Assembly (NCBI GenBank): GCA_965228475.1
Contig: OZ245817.1
Coordinates: forward strand, 2,432,001-2,496,000
Direction: 5' to 3'
Length of the DNA: 64,000 nucleotides
Source of the DNA: Myxococcota bacterium
GTDB taxonomy: Bacteria > Myxococcota_A > UBA9160 > JAFDDA01
The notes under the pieces were generated by a model, which worked only from the letters and a program-made list of their open reading frames with translations, ran no database searches and was not told the DNA's origin. This document shows, piece by piece, positions 54,335-61,898 of this stretch. The position numbers were made by a program, and so were the translations under genes. Position 1 is the stretch's first letter. Each line of letters starts with the position of its first letter.

Positions 54335-55315
54335 TTACCCGGCGCGGCTGAGGCGAAAGCTCCCACCCTCGTGCGCCAGCACGAGGCCCCCGGGAAGCTC
54401 GATCGCGGTTCCGGGCCGGCCGGTCCGAAAGAAGGCGACCATCCGCCGCAGGTGAACCCGAGAGACGTCCCGGCCGCCCCCCATGAGGCGCAGGGCCCGC
54501 CGGGCGAGGCGAAGCGCCAGCGCGTCGGGCAGGGCCTCCCAGTCCTTGGGTTCGATCCGCAGGCAAGAAGCCTCCTCCTGGAAGCGGGCGGCCGCTTCCC
54601 GGGCCACCTGGCCCTCGATCCACTCCGCATCCCCACGCAGCGTTTCGGCAAGTTCGCCGAGACTCCTGAGGAGCCGCGGGTTGAAATCGCGTGCGAGCCC
54701 CGGGAGCCAGTGTCGGCGGAGCCGGTTGCGGGCGTAGTCGTCGCTCTGGTTCGAGGCGTCCTCGCGCCACGTGAGGCCGTGGGCGCGCGCGTGGGCCTCG
54801 ATCTCCGCCCTTGAGACACCGAGCAGCGGCCGCAGGATCCGCCCGTCCGGGGAGACCGGGGGAATCCCGGTGAGGCCGTCGAGCCCCGTCCCGCGGAGCA
54901 GCCGGAAGAGCACGGTCTCGGCCTGGTCGTCGGCCTGGTGGGCCGTGGCGATCCGGCGAGCGCCGGCCTCTTCGGCCATCTCGTCGAGCGCCGCGTAGCG
55001 GAGGGTCCGGGCCGCCTCCTGGAGCGTCGGGCGGGCGCGCGACGGCCCGCCCTCGCGCAGCTCGGCCGGTGCGACGCGCCGCACGAGGAGGCGCACGCCG
55101 AGGTCCCGCGCGAAGCCGCGAAGGAAGGCCTCGTCCGCTTCCGATTCCGCGCCGCGCAGGCCGTGGTTCACATGGCCCAGCGAGACGCTGCCCGAGTGGA
55201 TCGCGGCGAGCCCATGGGCCAGGACCACGGAATCGATGCCGCCGGAGATGGCCACGAGGACCGGACCTTCGAGCCCTTGGGCACGAAGCGATCGCTCGAC
55301 CGCTGTGTCTTGCAC
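54335..55315 (-). CDS. tilS: tRNA(Ile)-lysidine synthetase
   Basis: VAISGGIDS, HVNHGLRG, ARTLRY, TAHQADDQAET, RPLL, EDASN, RNRLR. Confidence 0.93.
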   Translation of the reverse strand: MQDTAVERSLRAQGLEGPVLVAISGGIDSVVLAHGLAAIHSGSVSLGHVNHGLRGAESEADEAFLRGFARDLGVRLLVRRVAPAELREGGPSRARPTLQEAARTLRYAALDEMAEEAGARRIATAHQADDQAETVLFRLLRGTGLDGLTGIPPVSPDGRILRPLLGVSRAEIEAHARAHGLTWREDASNQSDDYARNRLRRHWLPGLARDFNPRLLRSLGELAETLRGDAEWIEGQVAREAAARFQEEASCLRIEPKDWEALPDALALRLARRALRLMGGGRDVSRVHLRRMVAFFRTGRPGTAIELPGGLVLAHEGGSFRLSRAG

Positions 55316-55356
55316 CTTCCGCCTCCCCCGTGCGTCTCGGACCCCAGAGCCGATGG

Positions 55357-56559
55357 CTATCGAACTTCGCGAGCGGGTGCGCGCGCCCGAACGCGACCGA
55401 GCCAGAGTACGACGGCGCCTCCGCCGATGGCGAGCAGCACCGCCGCCATCCGATAGACCGCCTCGATGCCGAAGCGCTCGGCCAGGGCGTAGGCCAACGC
55501 GGGCGCAAGTGCGGTGCCGAGGTCCGAGGCGTTCGCGAACCAGCCCATGAAGCGAGCGCGCCCCTGCTCCGGGGCCGTGTCTCCGGCCAGGGCATCCGAG
55601 GTGACGCGGAGGACCCCGCCCGCAAGCAGGGCGGCCAGCGCCGCGAGCAGGGTCCGGGCCACCCCGCCCTCTCCGGCCAGCGCCCACAGCGACAGCGCCG
55701 TCACGAACGCCGCCCCGCCGGCGAAGCGGAGCCGGCCGATGCGGTCCGAGAGATGCCCGGCGAACGGCGCCCAGACCGGGTTCAGCGCGAACCGGCCGCC
55801 GAGGAAGAGCCCGTTCACCGTGGCCGTCCCGACCAGCGCACCGCCGATCCCGATCGAAGGCCCGAAGCGCTCGGCGAGGACGAGCCCGAGGGTCGCCACC
55901 ACGAGCGGCCCTCCGGCCGCCACGAGCAGGGCCAGCGCGTAGACGCCCCAGCGCTCGGAAACGCCCGGCAGCTCGGCCGGTGCTTCCTCGGCTTCGGCGG
56001 ACGGAGCCTCCGGCCCCGGCCCCTCCCGCCACATCGCGAGCCCCGCCGGCAGCGCCACGGCGGCGAAGCACAGCAGCGTCGCCTCGAGCCCGATGCGATC
56101 CGTCAGGAAGCCGCCGGTCGCCATCGCCAGGAGCGTGCCGATGTTCGCGACGCCGTTGTAGAACCCGAGCGCGTAGCCGCGGCCGATCTCACCCGCCGCG
56201 AGCGCGGCGAGGAAGCCACCGAGGCGCAGGACGGACCAGAGTGCGCCCCAGGCCAGCCGCAGCGCCAACCAGACCGCGAAGCCCGGCGCTGCGGCGTAGG
56301 CGGCGGTGACGGCGGCCGTGAGGAAGATCGCAAGGGTGAAGGGGCGATGGATTCCGAAGCGCTGCGCGGCGAGGCCCGCGAGCGGGTTGGTCACGAGGCG
56401 CACGGCCCGGTTCGCGGCCAGCAGCGCCCCGACCATCCAGAGCTCGAGCCCGAGTTCGGCGTAGAGAACGGGGAGGACCGCGTAGAGCAGCGCGTCCCCG
56501 GGGAGCGTCGCCGCCACGGCCAGCGAGACGATGGCGACGCGGCGGGGAGGCAACTGCAC
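55357..56559 (-). CDS. MFS transporter
   Basis: About 12 hydrophobic segments; GDALLYAVLP, GGFLTDRIG, GHLSDRIGR. Confidence 0.9.
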   Translation of the reverse strand: MQLPPRRVAIVSLAVAATLPGDALLYAVLPVLYAELGLELWMVGALLAANRAVRLVTNPLAGLAAQRFGIHRPFTLAIFLTAAVTAAYAAAPGFAVWLALRLAWGALWSVLRLGGFLAALAAGEIGRGYALGFYNGVANIGTLLAMATGGFLTDRIGLEATLLCFAAVALPAGLAMWREGPGPEAPSAEAEEAPAELPGVSERWGVYALALLVAAGGPLVVATLGLVLAERFGPSIGIGGALVGTATVNGLFLGGRFALNPVWAPFAGHLSDRIGRLRFAGGAAFVTALSLWALAGEGGVARTLLAALAALLAGGVLRVTSDALAGDTAPEQGRARFMGWFANASDLGTALAPALAYALAERFGIEAVYRMAAVLLAIGGGAVVLWLGRVRARAPAREVR

Positions 56560-56607
56560 GCCCCGGGTGTAGCCGAAAGCCGAGCCCGGGGCTGGCCGCG
56601 TTGCCGT

Positions 56608-57480
56608 CTAGAGAAGCGCGCTCGCCTCGCCGAGCAGGATGCGCGTGCCGTCGGTCTTGTCGCACCAGACGTCGCACACGACGCGCGTCCGGGTCCCTTC
56701 GGTGCGCTCCTCGCGGACCTTCCCGTGGGCGGAGACCGATTCGTCGACCCAGAGCACGTTGGTCAGCTTGAGGCTCGCCTTGCCGCCCTCGAGCCAGCCC
56801 GTTCCGAACTCGTTCAGCATGACCTCGGAGATGAAGCAGGTCGACATCATCCCCTGCACCACGATGTTCGGGAAGCCGAGCTGCTTCGCTGCCTCGGCAT
56901 CCGTGTGATAGTTCTTGCCCGGGCCGGAGAACATCCAGCAGCGGCGCGCGTCCACGGTCTTCTTCGTGGGTGCGAGGTCACGGCCCGTCGCCGTCGGGAA
57001 CGGCGGGCGCGGCGCCTTCTTCGCGGCCGTCTCGCGATCGACGACGAAATCGCCGCCGCCCTCCGCGGCCTCGCCTTCCTTCTTCGGCGGCAGGAAGGAT
57101 TGGTGGGTGCGGCCACGGACCAGCAGGGCATGGCTCTCGGCGTCCATGATGTCCGTCTCGTTCACGACGTAGTTGCGGCCGCGCTTGTCGTAGCGGTCGA
57201 TGATGGTCGAGCGCGTACGGATCCGGCTGCCGACCGGGATCGGCGCGAAGAGTTCCCAATCCTGCTGGCCGTGCAGATTCCCGAACAGGTTCTTCAGGTA
57301 CCACTCGCCCAGGTGCTCGTAGCACTCGGAGTGGTGGAGGAGCGGCGGCGCGAAGCGCTCGTAGAGCGGGTGGTGGTCGTCGAGGGCATCCGCGTAGAAC
57401 GCGACGACCTTCTCGGAGACGTCGTACTCCCGGCTGCCACAGTGCCGGCCGACGTGGGCCGGGGCTCCCTTCAGATTCAT
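56608..57480 (-). CDS. MaoC-like double hot-dog dehydratase
   Basis: YADALDDHHP, LHGQQDWELFAP; second domain NYHTDAEAAKQLGFPNIVVQGMM. Confidence 0.85.
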   Translation of the reverse strand: MNLKGAPAHVGRHCGSREYDVSEKVVAFYADALDDHHPLYERFAPPLLHHSECYEHLGEWYLKNLFGNLHGQQDWELFAPIPVGSRIRTRSTIIDRYDKRGRNYVVNETDIMDAESHALLVRGRTHQSFLPPKKEGEAAEGGGDFVVDRETAAKKAPRPPFPTATGRDLAPTKKTVDARRCWMFSGPGKNYHTDAEAAKQLGFPNIVVQGMMSTCFISEVMLNEFGTGWLEGGKASLKLTNVLWVDESVSAHGKVREERTEGTRTRVVCDVWCDKTDGTRILLGEASALL

Positions 57481-57650
57481 CCTTGGCTCCAGTCTGGCGC
57501 CCCGCACGAGGCGACGAAGCGCGTTCCGGGACGCACCCTGCCCCATCCGGCCGAAGCGTGGCAAGAGCCTCGTTCCCAGAGCCCGTCTTCCGGCGCGATT
57601 TCCCCGGCGCGGGCGTGGCGGGACCGCGCCGCCCCTGGTATTCCCGCGCC

Positions 57651-59210
57651 GTGGAGCAAGCCGCCCCGGAACACAACTTCGCGAGCCGGATCGAGCGCCA
57701 CGCGAGAGAACGGCCCGAAGCCCTGGCCCTCACCGATGCGCGGCGGCGCCTGAGTTACGAGGCGCTCGCCGTCCGGGTGCGGCGCTGCGCCGGCGCCCTG
57801 GCCGAAGCCGGCGTCGGCCGGGGCGACCGCGTGGCCGTGCTCGGCGGAAACCACACGCCCTACGTCGAGACGGTTCTGGCGGCGACGCGGCTCGGCGCCA
57901 TGGCGGTGCCGGTCAACTCCCGCTGGTCTCCGCGCGAGCTCGCCGTCCTTCTCGACGACTGCACCCCGCGCGCCGTCGTCCACAGTGCGGGGCTCGGCGA
58001 GACCCTCGAGCGCGGCTACGAGCGCGCACGCCACCGCCCGGCCTGCTCGCTGCCCTTCGGCGGCGACCCCGCGCGCGACGCCTACGAGGCCGCCCTCGAC
58101 GCCGCCAAGACCGAGGCGCCGCTCGCGCCGGTCTCCCCCGAAGACCCGATGATCCTGATGTACACGTCGGGCACGACGGGAACGCCCAAGGGCGCCCTCC
58201 TCCCGCACCGCAAGACGGACTACAACTGCCGGAACGCGGAGATCTACTTCCGCATGACGGCCGAGGACCGCGTGCTCGTCGTGGTCCCGCTCTTCCACTC
58301 CTTCGGGCTCGCGATCCTCACGCTCCCCACGCTCTACGTCGGCGGTGCTGCCCTGCTCCTTCCCGAGTTCGACGCCACGGCCGTCTGGAAGACCGTCGAA
58401 GCCGAGAAGATCACCTTCTTCGGCGCGGTGCCGACGATGTTCCAGCGCCTGCTCGACGAACACGACCGGCCCGAATCCCCGGCCCGGGACCTCGAGAGCC
58501 TGCGCTTCCTGTTCTCCGCCGGCGCGGCGATCCCCGTCGAGCTGATCCGCGCCTACGAGCGCCACGGCCTGACCGTGAAGCAGGGTTTCGGCCAGACCGA
58601 GACCTCCATCCTCACGTGCCTCGATGCCGAGGACGCCGTGCGCAAGGCCGGGAGCGTCGGGCGCCCGGTGCGCCATGCGGAGATCCGCGTCGTCCTGGCC
58701 GAGAGCCTCGAGGGGCCGACGGAATCCTGGCGCGACGCCGCCGTCGGCGAGACCGGGGAGATCGTCGTGCGCGGCCCGATCAACATGCTCGGCTACTGGC
58801 AGCGGCCCGAGGACAGCGCCGCGACCCTGCGCGGCGAATGGCTCCGCACGGGCGATCTCGCGCGCCGCGACGAAGAAGGCTTCATCACCCTCGTCGGTCG
58901 GGCCCGGGATCTCTACATCTCGGGCGGCGAGAACGTCTACCCCGCCGAGGTCGAAGCCGTGCTCGAAACGCACCCGGGCCTGCGCGAGGTCGCGGTGGTC
59001 GGCGAGGCCGACGAGCGCTGGGGCGAGACCGGCTGCGCGTACGTCGTGCCCGAAGCGGGCACCCGCTTCGACGAAGAGGAAATCGCCGTGTGGGCCCGGG
59101 ATCAGCTCGCCGCCTTCAAGATCCCGAAGCGCTGGGTCGTGCTCGACGCGCTCCCCCGCACGGAAACCGGGAAGGTCCAGAAGTGGCGGCTCGGAGAAGT
59201 CGGGCCATGA
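57651..59210 (+). CDS. Long-chain acyl-CoA synthetase (AMP-binding)
   Basis: YTSGTTGTPKG, PLFH, GFGQTE, WLRTGD, ISGGENVYPAEVE, LPRTETGKVQK. Confidence 0.93.
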   Translation: MEQAAPEHNFASRIERHARERPEALALTDARRRLSYEALAVRVRRCAGALAEAGVGRGDRVAVLGGNHTPYVETVLAATRLGAMAVPVNSRWSPRELAVLLDDCTPRAVVHSAGLGETLERGYERARHRPACSLPFGGDPARDAYEAALDAAKTEAPLAPVSPEDPMILMYTSGTTGTPKGALLPHRKTDYNCRNAEIYFRMTAEDRVLVVVPLFHSFGLAILTLPTLYVGGAALLLPEFDATAVWKTVEAEKITFFGAVPTMFQRLLDEHDRPESPARDLESLRFLFSAGAAIPVELIRAYERHGLTVKQGFGQTETSILTCLDAEDAVRKAGSVGRPVRHAEIRVVLAESLEGPTESWRDAAVGETGEIVVRGPINMLGYWQRPEDSAATLRGEWLRTGDLARRDEEGFITLVGRARDLYISGGENVYPAEVEAVLETHPGLREVAVVGEADERWGETGCAYVVPEAGTRFDEEEIAVWARDQLAAFKIPKRWVVLDALPRTETGKVQKWRLGEVGP

Positions 59211-60367
59211 GCGCCACGACCCTGCGTTTCGCGACGCTCAACGTCTGGGCCCTGCCCTTCGGCGTCGCCCGGCACGTCCCCGAGCGCATGATGGCCATCG
59301 CGCGGGAGATCGAGCGGCTCGAGCTCGACGTCGTCGGGCTCCAGGAGGTGTGGACCAACGAAGCCCGCGCGCAGCTCATCGCCGAGACGCGCGGGGCCGG
59401 CTACGTCCACACCTGGCACCGGCCCGGCGATGCGCGGGGCGGAAGCGGGCTCATGTTCCTCTCGCGCGAACCCCTCGGCGACGTGCGCTTCGAACCCTTC
59501 TGGCTCGCAGGACTCCCCCAGCGCATCCACCACGGGGACTACTGGGGCGGCAAGGGGTTCGCGACGGCCCGGCTCACGACGCCGGGCGGCCCCGTCCTGG
59601 TGATCAACACGCACCTCCAGGCGCAGTACACCCCGGACCCCGTGGACGAATACCGCGGCATCCGGACCGCGCAGGGGATCCAGATCGCGGGCTCCGTGGC
59701 ACGGCGGCCGGAACCCGTCGTGGCCCTCGGCGACTTCAACATGCGCGAAGGCAACCCGGACCACGCCGTCCTCCTGGGCCTCTCGCAGTTCACGGACCCG
59801 GCGGTCGCCCTCGACAACCCCCAGGACACGATCCTCGCGCCCCACCCCTACCGGGGCGCCGGCCACAGCGGCGGGGAGCGCATCGACTACGCGTTCTGCC
59901 GGCCCGGGACCCAGACCGGGGCGCGGCCCTTGAAGATCGAACGCGTCTTCGACGGCACCTTCGAGGTGGCGGGCGAAGCGGCAACGTTCTCGGACCACGC
60001 CGGCCTGTGCCTGACGGCCGAGATCGCACCGCAGCCCGCGCGCATGCTGCCCGCCGTCGATGCGGAGGCCATCGACCGCGCGCGGGGCCTGCTCCGGCGC
60101 GGCCGGGCCGAGGCGGCGCGGCGGCGCGGCATCGAACGCTCCCTCGCGCTCGGGAGCGGCGCGCTCGCGGCCGCGGCCTTCCCCGGCGCCGCCCAGCTCC
60201 GCGCTTCGCGCCGGCGCTTCCTGGCGGCCCTGGCCACGGGGGTGGGCTTTGCCGCGCTGCCGGGAGCGCTCGTCGCCGGGTTGCTCTCGGAGCGGGCCGT
60301 GCCCGCCGAGCTCGACGCCTACGAGCGCATCGAAGAGCTGCTCGAGGACTTCGTCGTCGCCGCGTGA
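59207..60367 (+). CDS. EEP-family phosphodiesterase, neutral sphingomyelinase (SMPD2/Isc1)-like
   Basis: TLNVW, LQEVW, GSGL, IHHGDYWGGKG, NTHLQAQY, GDFN, RIDY, SDH, two C-terminal hydrophobic helices; ATGA overlap with the upstream gene. Confidence 0.85.
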   Translation: MSATTLRFATLNVWALPFGVARHVPERMMAIAREIERLELDVVGLQEVWTNEARAQLIAETRGAGYVHTWHRPGDARGGSGLMFLSREPLGDVRFEPFWLAGLPQRIHHGDYWGGKGFATARLTTPGGPVLVINTHLQAQYTPDPVDEYRGIRTAQGIQIAGSVARRPEPVVALGDFNMREGNPDHAVLLGLSQFTDPAVALDNPQDTILAPHPYRGAGHSGGERIDYAFCRPGTQTGARPLKIERVFDGTFEVAGEAATFSDHAGLCLTAEIAPQPARMLPAVDAEAIDRARGLLRRGRAEAARRRGIERSLALGSGALAAAAFPGAAQLRASRRRFLAALATGVGFAALPGALVAGLLSERAVPAELDAYERIEELLEDFVVAA

Positions 60368-60398
60368 TGCCGGGCGCGGGTGCGGCCCGGAAGGCGCC

Positions 60399-60878
60399 TC
60401 AGTGGTTCAGGAGCTTCATCTCGCGCCGCACCTCGAGGGCCTGGGCGAGATCGTTGAGATCGTCCGAGAGGTCCCCGAACGGGTCGCCCGCGCGCAGCGT
60501 GTTGCGCGCCTTGTAGTTGCCGCGGCGCAGCGACTCCACCTGACGGCGGAAGGCCACGACCGGGCCGACCACGCGACGCAGGTAGGCGATGCACAGACAC
60601 ACCACCACGAAGCCGTAGGCGACGAGGAAGAGGAACGAGATGCCCATGAAGTTGCGCGTCTGATCGCCGAGCAGCTCGAGGTAGCCGTCGGGCGCGGAGG
60701 GCACGCTCCGCAGGAGCTGCGAGTAGGCCCACCAGCTGTGGAGCGTCGCGGCCACGGCGAAGGCCACCGTCACGCCGACGACGAGCAGCGGCAGGCGAAG
60801 CTGGAGCTCCGGCTCGACCAGGCGCAGCGTTGCGCGCTTGGGGCGAGCCTCGGGCGTCGAAGGGGCAGCGGCTTCCAT
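60399..60878 (-). CDS. Small two-TM HAMP-like membrane protein with no output domain
   Basis: Two TM helices then RVVGPVVAFRR...G.Y....LR.GD....L.DDLN.LA. Confidence 0.75.
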   Translation of the reverse strand: MEAAAPSTPEARPKRATLRLVEPELQLRLPLLVVGVTVAFAVAATLHSWWAYSQLLRSVPSAPDGYLELLGDQTRNFMGISFLFLVAYGFVVVCLCIAYLRRVVGPVVAFRRQVESLRRGNYKARNTLRAGDPFGDLSDDLNDLAQALEVRREMKLLNH

Positions 60879-60995
60879 CACGTTCACTCCGCAGGCGTGG
60901 ATCGCCCTACGGAGACGTTTTCGGCCGTTTCCCGGAGGCGCTGAAGACGATGCGCGGCGCAGCGGAAGCGCGCAGGCAAGCGAGTGGCAGGAAGG

Positions 60996-61072
60996 TGGTG
61001 GCGGAGGAGAGACTCGAACTCTCGACCTCGGCTTTATGAGAGCCGCGCTCTAACCGGCTGAGCTACTCCGCC
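60996..61072 (-). tRNA. tRNA-Met (CAT), probably elongator
   Basis: Reverse complement GGCGGAGTAGCTCAGCCGGTTAGAGCG-CGGCT-CTCATAA-AGCCG-AGGTCGAGAGTTCGAGTCTCTCCTCCGCCACCA; paired G1-C72 and no triple G-C anticodon stem. Confidence 0.93.
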
Positions 61073-61118
61073 TCTGGGGCCGCGGGCCGAGCGAGCCGGC
61101 CACCGCGAGGGGCGGAGA

Positions 61119-61820
61119 TTAGCGAAGGCGGGTCTCGGGGGAAGCGCCCTCTTCCGGGGCCGCCTCGGCCGTCTTTTCCTCGGCCTTCCCGCTGAAGAGG
61201 AAGTCCTCGATCGTCTCGAGCCGGCGGCGGAGATCCTCGAGGCCGGCCTCGTTGGCGGCTGCGCGGGGGGCCGCCGGAGCGGGCCCCGCTGCGACGGCCG
61301 GGAGCTCCGGCTCCGCCACGTGGGCCGAGCCGGCGACGAAGAGGCTGATCTTGCCGGCCGTGGCGTCGAGCTGCGGGATGATCTCGCCGACCGTGCCGGA
61401 CTGGATGAAGATGCGCCGCGCCCGGGGGTCGTCGTCGTTGCCGAAGGCGGCGGCGTCGAGACACTGCACGTCGAGGGAGGCGCCTTCCCCGAACTGGGTG
61501 AACGCCCCGAACACCGCGTACTGAGCGCCGTTCTCGATGGCCAGGGCAGCGGCCCGCTGGGGATCCGACGTCGCGAGGGCTTCATCCTCGATGCGAACGA
61601 CCGCCAGCTCTGGATTGCGCCCCAGGCGCGAGGCCAGCATGTCCGCGAGGCCCGAGCGGAGGTACGCCTGCTCACCCGAGGTGTTCACCACCATCGGAAG
61701 GATCGCGATCCGCGCGCGCGAACCGGCGGGGGCCGCGGCAGTGACGTCATCGGCACGCAGCTCCGCTCCACCGGCGAGCAAGGCGACTGCAAGAGCGAAC
61801 AAAAGACCCGTAGCGCGCAC
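61119..61820 (-). CDS. Exported protein with TolB-N/CsgG-like domain and C-terminal coiled coil
   Basis: Signal peptide; RIAILP...YLRSGLADMLASRL...GAQYAVFGAFTQFG..ASLDV; GGAG before GTG at 61820. Confidence 0.7.
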   Translation of the reverse strand: MRATGLLFALAVALLAGGAELRADDVTAAAPAGSRARIAILPMVVNTSGEQAYLRSGLADMLASRLGRNPELAVVRIEDEALATSDPQRAAALAIENGAQYAVFGAFTQFGEGASLDVQCLDAAAFGNDDDPRARRIFIQSGTVGEIIPQLDATAGKISLFVAGSAHVAEPELPAVAAGPAPAAPRAAANEAGLEDLRRRLETIEDFLFSGKAEEKTAEAAPEEGASPETRLR

Positions 61821-61898
61821 GCGATCTCCCAAAGAAGGTCTCCTGGCCGCAACGCGCAGCCAAGTGCGTGGTTTTACTACCAATCTCGATGGGCGGGG

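Noticed and set aside
60996..61072. CAT tRNA as tRNA-Ile2 or initiator tRNA, given nearby tilS
   Set aside because: The GGCGGAG acceptor stem, paired 1-72 and absence of a triple G-C anticodon stem fit elongator Met better; not fully decidable by eye
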